Below, one piece after another: positions 1 to 7,467 of a stretch of 52,408 nt of DNA. Made by a program: the position numbers and the translations under genes. The notes under the pieces were generated by a model. The model was not told the origin of the DNA, made no database searches, and worked only from the letters and a program-made list of their open reading frames with translations. Every line of letters starts with the position of its first letter. Position 1 is the stretch's first letter. Origin of the DNA: a virus (lineage: Duplodnaviria; Caudoviricetes); IMG/VR virus record IMGVR_UViG_3300034101_004850, positions 1 to 52,408 of that record; one strand, written 5' to 3'.

Positions 1-333
1 GGCTACTGTGACTGTCTGGCCATCTACATTTGACTGAGCAAGGTTTTTAGCTTCCAGTGCTGCGGATTCTGCATCTACTGCATCATCGTAGGCATCATAT
101 GCATCGTCTTTAAGCTCCATAGCATTTGTTGCATATGTAAATTTATTTTCTGCTATGTCTATAAGATCTATAAAATCATCTTGATAAACTAAATTAGACA
201 CCTTACTATTAAGCTCTTCTATTTCTTGAGCGGCTAGGCTAAGTGGATCATCTCCGTGGGCAGGAGTAAGAAATACCCATCCAAACATTAAAATGGTGGC
301 TAATGATAATCTCCATGCTTTAGTCCTAGTCAA
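1..333 (-). CDS. Secreted/surface protein with signal peptide and acidic coiled coil (partial, runs off window; missing from ORF track)
   Basis: TTG at 333-331 with AGGAG RBS at about 340-344. Translation MTRTKAWRLSLATILMFGWVFLTPAHG-DDPLSLAAQEIEELNSK... is open to position 1. Basic N-region, hydrophobic core and AHG cleavage-like site. Confidence 0.75.
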   Translation of the reverse strand, partial: MTRTKAWRLSLATILMFGWVFLTPAHGDDPLSLAAQEIEELNSKVSNLVYQDDFIDLIDIAENKFTYATNAMELKDDAYDAYDDAVDAESAALEAKNLAQSNVDGQTVTVA

Positions 334-369
334 TTATAACTCCTACATAACATACCTTGTTATATAGTA

Positions 370-378
370 ATTATACCA
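370..378 (-). promoter_or_regulatory. Extended -10 promoter (TGGTATAAT) upstream of the secreted-protein gene
   Basis: Intergenic TGnTATAAT on the minus strand, about 37 nt upstream of the TTG start. Confidence 0.55.
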
Positions 379-384
379 CTTTAA

Positions 385-573
385 CTATTTAGGATTATCT
401 GTTTTATAAAACCCATTACCTTTAAATTGTATGCCAAACGGGGTGAAGTGTCTTACCATATTTGATTCACATTCAACACATGTATATCCTGGGTCATCTT
501 CGGTAATTGATCTATTTACTGACATTAATGCATGTGCTTCATCATATGAGCATTTGTATTCGTATACTGGCAT
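385..573 (-). CDS. FmdB-family zinc-ribbon putative regulatory protein
   Basis: MPVYEYKC...CVEC...GIQFKGNGFYKTD matches the FmdB/CxxC_CxxC_SSSS pattern. Confidence 0.85.
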   Translation of the reverse strand: MPVYEYKCSYDEAHALMSVNRSITEDDPGYTCVECESNMVRHFTPFGIQFKGNGFYKTDNPK

Positions 574-579
574 AATAAT

Positions 580-588
580 ATTATATCA
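580..588 (-). promoter_or_regulatory. Extended -10 promoter (TGATATAAT) 6 nt before the FmdB ATG; probable leaderless transcript
   Basis: TATAAT at 585-580, ATG at 573, no Shine-Dalgarno sequence in between. Confidence 0.6.
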
Positions 589-604
589 AATGTATCTTAA
601 AATG

Positions 605-1633
605 TTAAGTATTATTGCTAGCATCTTTTTGATTTTTTTGAATTTTTTCTGTATATAAAGATGAATAGTAATATGGATCTAATTCTTTAATAAAGATATC
701 AGCTATTACACTACTTGCCGCTGACCCATAATGCAGACCGTCCCTTGCTGAATGCCAGTAAGGCTCATTATTTTTATTGTTATACCTATTGTTAAATTTT
801 TCTATTTCAATCTTGTATTGTTTTTCTAAAAAATCCATTCTTCCGAATTTTTCATCTGGTGGATTTACCGCAATGCTAGCTAAATTTTCATCAATTTTAA
901 AAAAATTATTAAACCCTCCATCCATATACATTTTGCTTTCTGGTCTTTCCCAGGTAGTCCATAACAATTTGATTCCAGATAGAATACACACTTCTTCAAG
1001 AAGTGATAGCAAAATAAAATTGATAAGCAGTTTATCTTCATGTATATAATTGTTTAAATAATACTTTCTCTCTTTTTCAAATTTAGCATTAGGAATATAC
1101 AAGTCAAATTCATTTTCATCTTTATTAAATGACATTACCCTAGATGATTCTGGTAAAAACAAGAATATGTAGTCTGGCTTCGTGCCCCTCTTTATAAAAG
1201 CAATAGTGTTCTTTACAATAAGCTCAATACTAGATCCATTGACAGAAATATTGTAAAAATCAACTTTCTTTCCCTCATGCATAAGAGCAACCCTATCTGA
1301 AAGTTTTTTATACCAGGTGTTTTCTTCTGGTAGACCGACTCCAAGTGTTTGCGAGCACCCACCAAATAAAATATTTATATTATTTTTATCAAATTCATCA
1401 AAGTCTTTTCCTCTAAAACCCTGAGAGTTAATTTGATATTCAAAGCTATCTCCAGAGACTACATCTCGTTCATATAAAAACAAGTACTTTGAATAAAAAT
1501 ATTTGCCTTTTTTATAAAAAGAATTATTTTCTTTATTAAAGTTATCCTTGTCTATTAAATTTTTTGAAAAAAAATTATTTGGCATAATAGAATTTTTTAC
1601 AGTATTAGAATAAAATTTTTTATTAACCAACAT
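605..1633 (-). CDS. SGNH/GDSL-hydrolase-like hypothetical protein
   Basis: NSQGFRG...LFGGCSQTLGVG block-I-like motif and C-terminal DGLHYG (DxxH). Start reassigned to the ATG at 1633, which overlaps the upstream stop (TAATG). Confidence 0.6.
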   Translation of the reverse strand: MLVNKKFYSNTVKNSIMPNNFFSKNLIDKDNFNKENNSFYKKGKYFYSKYLFLYERDVVSGDSFEYQINSQGFRGKDFDEFDKNNINILFGGCSQTLGVGLPEENTWYKKLSDRVALMHEGKKVDFYNISVNGSSIELIVKNTIAFIKRGTKPDYIFLFLPESSRVMSFNKDENEFDLYIPNAKFEKERKYYLNNYIHEDKLLINFILLSLLEEVCILSGIKLLWTTWERPESKMYMDGGFNNFFKIDENLASIAVNPPDEKFGRMDFLEKQYKIEIEKFNNRYNNKNNEPYWHSARDGLHYGSAASSVIADIFIKELDPYYYSSLYTEKIQKNQKDASNNT

Positions 1634-1836
1634 TACTTTCTTCCCCATTTTATATAGTTCCATCCACGCTCATGCACGTAGTAAATGAATATTTTAACTA
1701 CTGTCTCCCAAAACGCGATTGCGCTTGATAGCGTAGCGCTCCTTGTAAAAATATAAACTATAATAAATGAAGAAAGAGTTCCCCATATACGATAACTAAG
1801 TGCCTTTGCAAATGACCTAGCCTTGGTTACTGTCAT
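1633..1836 (-). CDS. DUF2061-family small membrane protein
   Basis: RSFAKALSYRIWGT...YYVHERGWNYIKWG signature. Likely start MTVTK at 1836 with GGAG upstream. Confidence 0.8.
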   Translation of the reverse strand: MTVTKARSFAKALSYRIWGTLSSFIIVYIFTRSATLSSAIAFWETVVKIFIYYVHERGWNYIKWGRK

Positions 1837-1924
1837 CAGCTCCACCCCATTTTTTATCAACAAAGTAGACAGCAATACCAGCAATTATAAGTGAAACAAC
1901 AATAGCAATAGCATTCTCTAACAT
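1817..1924 (-). CDS. 35-aa single-pass membrane peptide (not in ORF track)
   Basis: MLENAIAIVVSLIIAGIAVYFVDKKWGGADDSNQG*. The ATG directly abuts the upstream stop and the ORF fills the intergenic gap. Confidence 0.6.
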   Translation of the reverse strand: MLENAIAIVVSLIIAGIAVYFVDKKWGGADDSNQG

Positions 1925-2686
1925 TTATATGCCCATTTCCTTACGCTTTTGTGTAGCAGAAATAGCATGAATATCTGCACCTAAATCTACTTGTTCAATC
2001 TTGTATCCAACATCTCTTCCGTATACAATGTTAGTAATGTTAGGTAGTCTTAATACTAATGCTCCATCCATGAAATCATCCTTAGCAATATATTCTTTTA
2101 CCTGATCAAATGTGAGAGGATCCTTCTCACTTGTGTTGTATGTGTTACGTACACCAAGAAGAACCTGATCTGTTCTCTTTCCCGCCTCTTTATAAAGTGC
2201 GTGATGTCCTTCATGCCAAGGCTGGTATCTTCCAAGCATTAATGTTGTTGGGGCAGACCAATCATGTAGATTAAACTTATCAATAATCCTTGAAGCTTTT
2301 GCTTCTGGGTCAAGGTTGTGACTGATAAAGGAAACATCGGCATTAATTGGTCTCTCAAACATCCTATTTGTATCTTCAAAACGACCTTCAGCAAGTGTGT
2401 CCATAAATACCAAGATGTCTGGCTTGCCAAATGCTGTACGAGTCAGCTCTGTTGGGCATACAAAATCTACAATTACTGGAGCAACACCTTGCTTAGAGAT
2501 AAGTCTTGCCATTTCTCCCATGCGTCGTGCTTGCTCAATTCTATCTTCAGGACTAAACCCTAGATCAGAGTTTACTGTTGCACGAACTTCATCTGCATTA
2601 AGATGAATAGCGTTAATACGCTCTTTTAGAGCTTTTGCTAGTTCTGTTTTTCCAGAACCAGGCAGGCCAATAATTTGAATTATCAT
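1925..2686 (-). CDS. cysC: Adenylylsulfate-kinase-like P-loop domain fused to a HIGH-class (cytidylyltransferase-like) nucleotidyltransferase
   Basis: GLPGSGKT P-loop, LNADEVR and DLGFSPEDR (CysC-like). C-terminal LGRYQPWHEGH (HxGH) and ISATQKR. Confidence 0.75.
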   Translation of the reverse strand: MIIQIIGLPGSGKTELAKALKERINAIHLNADEVRATVNSDLGFSPEDRIEQARRMGEMARLISKQGVAPVIVDFVCPTELTRTAFGKPDILVFMDTLAEGRFEDTNRMFERPINADVSFISHNLDPEAKASRIIDKFNLHDWSAPTTLMLGRYQPWHEGHHALYKEAGKRTDQVLLGVRNTYNTSEKDPLTFDQVKEYIAKDDFMDGALVLRLPNITNIVYGRDVGYKIEQVDLGADIHAISATQKRKEMGI

Positions 2687-3612
2687 TCTATACCCAAAGC
2701 TTTCTTTATTGCCTCCGCAAGGTGCAAATTGCTATGCATTCCAAAGTGACCAATTTTTCTACCTTCAATAAAATCTGAAGCTCTATAAAATTGTGGGTGA
2801 TCCTTATGCTCGCTATGGCATTCAAGGCTCTTTTCATATTCAGTAATATACTTAGTTTCTCTTGGGTAGTCCCATGTAAAAAAATTAGGCTTTGTTTTTT
2901 GCATATACTCAAGAAGTGAGTTGGCGTAGTCGTCTTCTTCAAAAACTCTATACTCTCGTTCCCATATAGTATATTTAAAGTTTATGCCAAACATCTCGCA
3001 GTAAGTTTCTAAAATATCAATAAAAGTATGCGTAAAGTATCTGGTAACATCTTTTGTGAGCAAATCATTTGGGTCATATGGTGCCGTCAAATATTCTTTA
3101 AAATTTTCATCATGAGGGTCACTTAAAATTATGCTCGCTACGTCATCATTTATAAGAGTGTAAGTTTTTTCTTTATTTGATATATGCCACCTTCCATCCT
3201 CTAATGGAAACTCCATTCTGGAAGATGGGAAGACAGCAACTACATTCTTTGGATTACCAAACATTTTAACATATTGAAAAAACTTTATTACTTGACCCAT
3301 TGCGCTATCACCATTAGATGCTATTGAGTTTATAGTTTTTATATTTTCAGACCTTAGCATTTCTGGCCATGTTGATTCTATTGGAAGCCCATGGCCCCAA
3401 GTATTTGAACATCCCAACGCCAATAGATCGACGTTTTTTTGAAACTCATCAAAGCTTCTGTATCCAAACTCATTTATGTTATAGTTTATCTCGCCATGGT
3501 TCCAACTCGATCTTGGATCAAGTGAGTTTCTGTCTAGCCTGCTAGAAATAAAGTTTTTATTTTGTTTATTTTGAGCAAAGCGTATAAAATTGTCCTCTTC
3601 ATTTTCTTTCAT
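2683..3612 (-). CDS. SGNH/GDSL-hydrolase-like hypothetical protein
   Basis: NEFGYRS...LALGCSNTWGHG and C-terminal GHFG. Paralogous pattern to 605..1633. Likely start MKENE at 3612 after AGGAG. Confidence 0.6.
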   Translation of the reverse strand: MKENEEDNFIRFAQNKQNKNFISSRLDRNSLDPRSSWNHGEINYNINEFGYRSFDEFQKNVDLLALGCSNTWGHGLPIESTWPEMLRSENIKTINSIASNGDSAMGQVIKFFQYVKMFGNPKNVVAVFPSSRMEFPLEDGRWHISNKEKTYTLINDDVASIILSDPHDENFKEYLTAPYDPNDLLTKDVTRYFTHTFIDILETYCEMFGINFKYTIWEREYRVFEEDDYANSLLEYMQKTKPNFFTWDYPRETKYITEYEKSLECHSEHKDHPQFYRASDFIEGRKIGHFGMHSNLHLAEAIKKALGIE

Positions 3613-3668
3613 TTTTCTCCTTTTTACCATCTTTAGTGGCCACATTCCATCTATCATAAATATACCAA

Positions 3669-4421
3669 CTATCCAATAAACCTTGAAATTATATTAGTCA
3701 GAATTTTGTCATAATATTTAGGAGTTAAGTGATCATTGTATGCCATATTTATTGGTTTTTTAAATTGCATATCTGGCTCTATCCATTCAGAATTAAGAAT
3801 TTCAGAAATATTAATTGGCAAATCTAGACCAGAAGACAGACATTTGTTCTTTAGATTTTCAGTAAATTCTAAATGATAAGAGTATCTATCTTCAAACTGT
3901 ATGTCTGGGTCACTTGCAAAGTTTGACCATCTCGCTGTTGCTACAACTAAAAATTGTGGCATAGGATTTATAAATACTATTTTAGACTTTTTAAACTTCT
4001 TAATAGTTTTTTCTACATATGCATCAACAACCTGCTCGGTATTTTTATAATTATTTAGACCAGTTTGAGGAAGCCAGTTCTTTATATCTATGTAGCCGTA
4101 CCATGGCATAACAATGCTTTCTTCGCTATCCCACTCAGAAGTATAACCATAAAAATCATAATCCAGATTTAATGCAGATCTACCTGGTGTGCTTGCTATA
4201 GTAATGCTTCCATCTTCAGATTTTATAGATGCTAGTATAGATGACATTCCATGAAGAATTTTATTTCCATTTTCATCTATATGGTCAACAACTTTGTCGT
4301 AATACTCTGAAGTTACAGTTGAAAATTCTCTGTTGGGCACGTATTTATTGTGCATATTTTCAAATAGCACATTTGCCATTTTCCCAGCATGAGAATCTCC
4401 TGTTATATATAAGGACTTCAT
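3669..4421 (-). CDS. SGNH-like hypothetical protein
   Basis: N-terminal YITGDSH, central GYIDIK, C-terminal NDHL. Confidence 0.5.
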   Translation of the reverse strand: MKSLYITGDSHAGKMANVLFENMHNKYVPNREFSTVTSEYYDKVVDHIDENGNKILHGMSSILASIKSEDGSITIASTPGRSALNLDYDFYGYTSEWDSEESIVMPWYGYIDIKNWLPQTGLNNYKNTEQVVDAYVEKTIKKFKKSKIVFINPMPQFLVVATARWSNFASDPDIQFEDRYSYHLEFTENLKNKCLSSGLDLPINISEILNSEWIEPDMQFKKPINMAYNDHLTPKYYDKILTNIISRFIG

Positions 4422-4466
4422 TGATACACCGATCTTTATATTTTAGCTAATTAGTTTTAACTAAAA

Positions 4467-5306
4467 TTAATCTTTATTAGGATTGTATGAGGAGACAATT
4501 GTGTACTCCGATGGGAATTTTGTTGTTGTTGGAAGAGCATTTAATTTCTTCTCTTCCATTTCTTTTTTCAACTTTTCTGGTGGCTCCCACTGAAACCCTA
4601 TAGGCTCAAGCCAAGGACCATTTATTCCGCCGTTTGCCCAACGCTCTTCATTCTCTTTTGTTCCATAAATAGGGAATGTTCCTGGATTTTTTTCAACTGG
4701 CAATACAAAATTTGAAAATGCGTATCTAGTTCCAGAAGTAATTTCATGAACACCATGAGAATAATCATCATGTGCTCCATGTATTACAAGATCTCCTCTT
4801 CCTGGACTAACTCGTAATTCATTTTTTTCTATAAGTGGTTTATTGTCTCCAACCCACTTACCTTCTTTGTTTACATGTGGGTAGAATACGTCTCCGCCCT
4901 CCCAATTTCCAAAGTATACGATGGCACCGTAATGCAAAACGCAGCAGGTGTTCCACGTATCCATTCCAGTAAGATCTTGCTCCATCGATTCACCTGGGCT
5001 GTCTGAGTGAATAAACATTTCGTCGCCAGCCTGAGTTGTCAAAAGGGTAATCTGAGGATGTATGCAGTATTCTGGAAGAAGCAACTCATTCATTTTGCAC
5101 CAAACATCATAAAGCTGCGGAATTCTTGGAGAAGTTTTTCCATGATACCAATCAATTAGGTTATCTGCAAAAAAGCTTTTTTTAGCTTGGTGTTCCCAAG
5201 GCTTCATCAAACCTTCTATGAGTTTGCAGGTCTCCTCATCAATAAAATTTCTATATATAAAAACCTTATCGGCTAGCTTTTCTACATTTGGATTATCTTG
5301 AAACAC
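4467..5306 (-). CDS. 2OG-Fe(II) oxygenase (prolyl-4-hydroxylase-like)
   Basis: HSD iron motif, YFGNWEGG, PGRGDLVI, HGV...GTRY. Confidence 0.85.
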   Translation of the reverse strand: MFQDNPNVEKLADKVFIYRNFIDEETCKLIEGLMKPWEHQAKKSFFADNLIDWYHGKTSPRIPQLYDVWCKMNELLLPEYCIHPQITLLTTQAGDEMFIHSDSPGESMEQDLTGMDTWNTCCVLHYGAIVYFGNWEGGDVFYPHVNKEGKWVGDNKPLIEKNELRVSPGRGDLVIHGAHDDYSHGVHEITSGTRYAFSNFVLPVEKNPGTFPIYGTKENEERWANGGINGPWLEPIGFQWEPPEKLKKEMEEKKLNALPTTTKFPSEYTIVSSYNPNKD

Positions 5307-5829
5307 TAAATTCTCCCCCTAATATTTTTTCTTTGTTGGCAACCAACGTAGTATACATTGTAGCATTATAACGTTTTGAAAGCATTCCCACAAGAGGATT
5401 TTGGCTTAAAAAGCCAGGATTTGATAAAATCATAGTATCTAGCCATGGAAGCTGCTTGTCAAAATCTTCGGCTCTTTCGCATAACTCAATTATTGTATCA
5501 AAAAAATGTTCATTCATTGTATGAAAAAACTCTAAATGTCTTACTATAGAGATCAAAATTTCATTCTCTTCATCAGCCGTAACTGAATCAAGCTTTCCGA
5601 CTGTTTTAACCAATATCTCTTCTAATCTAACCCCGTAATGAATCATCATATCAATTTCATCTTTTGTGGCAGAAGACATTCTGTTAACAAAAACTTTGCA
5701 CCAGTAATTATTTGGGTTATTCTCATAAAGCGTATGCCACAGACTTTTCCTTGGATTTACTAAGTTATGCTTTAAAGTAACTTCATTTGTTATTTTTGGC
5801 AAAAGCTCGTTATCGCTATAGATCTTCAA
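5293..5829 (-). CDS. Hypothetical protein
   Basis: 178-aa ORF overlapping both neighbours in an operon arrangement. Confidence 0.65.
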   Translation of the reverse strand: MKIYSDNELLPKITNEVTLKHNLVNPRKSLWHTLYENNPNNYWCKVFVNRMSSATKDEIDMMIHYGVRLEEILVKTVGKLDSVTADEENEILISIVRHLEFFHTMNEHFFDTIIELCERAEDFDKQLPWLDTMILSNPGFLSQNPLVGMLSKRYNATMYTTLVANKEKILGGEFSVSR

Positions 5830-6121
5830 GCGGAATTATCCCCATTCTTTTTGCAGCATCATATCCTTCTTCTGTAAATATCATAGTTGCCTCTAAATTT
5901 TCATTATAGTCAACACTCATCAAATTACTTTCAAGTAGGTCTAGCAATCCGTCTTCAACGTATTCTTCGTGGGCGTACCATAATTCTGGAGCGAGGTCCT
6001 TAGTGACTTCTTCATTTATTTCAAAAAGGACCTCGCCATACTCGTCATAGCCAGCAAACTTGATCGCACCTATTTCTAGATAATATTCTATTTTTTTAAG
6101 TGAATCTTCTTCTTCGCTCAC
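5816..6121 (-). CDS. Hypothetical acidic protein (possible winged helix)
   Basis: 101-aa ORF with GAGG upstream and a GTG start. Confidence 0.65.
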   Translation of the reverse strand: MSEEEDSLKKIEYYLEIGAIKFAGYDEYGEVLFEINEEVTKDLAPELWYAHEEYVEDGLLDLLESNLMSVDYNENLEATMIFTEEGYDAAKRMGIIPLEDL

Positions 6122-6141
6122 TGGATCCTCTATTCTTACAG

Positions 6142-6681
6142 TTAGTGTGGCTTAGGCCACAAAGACGTTGGTGCATTTAGAATCTTAGCAACCGAATTAA
6201 TAACCGATGCAATTCTCCCAATGTCTCTCAATTGCTCAACAGAAAGTCCTTCTTGCTTTAATGTTTCGTAATGTGCTTTAACACAAAAATGACACTTTCC
6301 TATAATTGAAGATATAAGTGAGTACGCTTCAAACTTTAGTTTTGTTGTGCCACCGTGAGATGAAATTGAATTCATTCTAAGCTGAGCTGGCAAACCTTTT
6401 AGGTTGGAGTCACCAGTCATTTCAACATAAGGATACCAAACATTGTTCTGAGCCATTAGTGACGCTGCTGTAAAAGCAGCATCTCTTTCAACTAAATCAG
6501 TTACGCAATCCTTTATAAATGCCGTCAGCTTATCATTGCCAGTAGAAAAAGCTGCTGATAGTGAAAGTGCTGTTGCAAATTCTGGATCCAAGGTGCTTCT
6601 ATTGATAACTGCGTCTAGATTTAAAGCTATATCTTTAGCATACTCTGGCAGTGTACCTTTTACTTGATCTACCCACATCAT
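6142..6681 (-). CDS. ahpD: Alkylhydroperoxidase AhpD
   Basis: LPEYAKDIALNL, MAQNNVWY, LPAQLRMN, FEAYSL...CHFCVKAH (CxxC plus His relay). Directly downstream of ahpC. Confidence 0.92.
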   Translation of the reverse strand: MMWVDQVKGTLPEYAKDIALNLDAVINRSTLDPEFATALSLSAAFSTGNDKLTAFIKDCVTDLVERDAAFTAASLMAQNNVWYPYVEMTGDSNLKGLPAQLRMNSISSHGGTTKLKFEAYSLISSIIGKCHFCVKAHYETLKQEGLSVEQLRDIGRIASVINSVAKILNAPTSLWPKPH

Positions 6682-7214
6682 AGTGTTTCTCCCCCTAAAG
6701 GTCTATTGCAAGCACATAATTCGCCTGTCTGAAGTGCATCTAGAACACGAAGAGCTTCTGGTGCATTTCTTCCAACATCTAAATTGTTAACAGTTACATG
6801 CTGAATTGTATTCTCTGGATCGACAATAAATGTTGCACGGTATGTTACTCCTGACGAATGATGAATCCCCAAGTCGCTTGCTAGCTGGTGTGCTGTGTCT
6901 GCAAATGACCATGAGTTTGTCTTGCGAAGATCGTCGTGTGCGTTGCGCCATGCAATTTTACAAAATTCATTATCGACTGATCCTACCATTAAAACTGCAT
7001 CTCTATCGTTAAAATCATTTACCAATGCATCATAAGCAACAATTTCTGTTGGACAAACAAATGTAAAATCTTTTGGATAAAATACAATTACTTTCCATTT
7101 CCCAGGAAATGAATCTTGGTTTAGCACTTCAAACGATGAGTCATCATATGTTAGTGCTCCTGGCTTTACACCAGTTACCGCAAAATTTCCTAATACATCT
7201 CCTACTGTTTTCAT
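6678..7214 (-). CDS. ahpC: Peroxiredoxin AhpC (actinobacterial type)
   Basis: FYPKDFTFVCPTEI peroxidatic motif, RATFIVDP, VGRN, and ELCACN resolving motif. Confidence 0.95.
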   Translation of the reverse strand: MKTVGDVLGNFAVTGVKPGALTYDDSSFEVLNQDSFPGKWKVIVFYPKDFTFVCPTEIVAYDALVNDFNDRDAVLMVGSVDNEFCKIAWRNAHDDLRKTNSWSFADTAHQLASDLGIHHSSGVTYRATFIVDPENTIQHVTVNNLDVGRNAPEALRVLDALQTGELCACNRPLGGETL

Positions 7215-7246
7215 TTCTTCTCCTTATGTAAGTGGGTACAACCCCG

Positions 7247-7319
7247 TGTCCCCAGATGGTTTCGAACCATCGACCCGCAGATTAAAAGTCTGCTGCTCTA
7301 CCAGCTGAGCTATAGGAAC
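7247..7319 (-). tRNA. tRNA-Lys(UUU)
   Basis: GTTCCTATAGCTCAGCTGGTAGAGCA-GCAGA-CTTTTAA-TCTGC-GGGTC-GATGG-TTCGAAA-CCATC-TGGGGAC-A folds as a cloverleaf. No encoded CCA. Confidence 0.93.
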
Positions 7320-7320
7320 G

Positions 7321-7392
7321 TACCCCTGGCTGGGATCGAACCAGCGACCTACAGATTAGAAGTCTGTTGCTCTTCCGCTGAGCTACAAAGGT
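7321..7392 (-). tRNA. tRNA-Arg(UCU)
   Basis: ACCTTTGTAGCTCAGCGGAAGAGCA-ACAGA-CTTCTAA-TCTGT-AGGTC-GCTGG-TTCGATC-CCAGC-CAGGGGT-A folds as a cloverleaf. Confidence 0.92.
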
Positions 7393-7393
7393 G

Positions 7394-7467
7394 TGTGCCA
7401 GGTAGGACTTGAACCTACGATTACCGAATTATGAGTTCGGGGCTTTAACCAACTAAGCTACTGGCAC
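7394..7467 (-). tRNA. tRNA with CAU anticodon, most likely tRNA-Ile2 (lysidine) rather than Met
   Basis: GTGCCAGTAGCTTAGTTGGTTAAAGCC-CCGAA-CTCATAA-TTCGG...GTAGG-TTCAAGT-CCTAC-CTGGCAC-A. Has C4:G69 and C5:G68 pairs and no initiator features. Confidence 0.88.

Noticed and set aside
4441-4466. AT-only inverted repeat (TTTTAGCTAA...TTAACTAAAA)
   Set aside because: It is imperfect and very AT-rich, so it is weak as a hairpin and plausible by chance.
7247-7467. tRNA cluster as a prophage attachment site
   Set aside because: There is no integrase or duplicated tRNA 3' end, and phage-type genes flank both sides.
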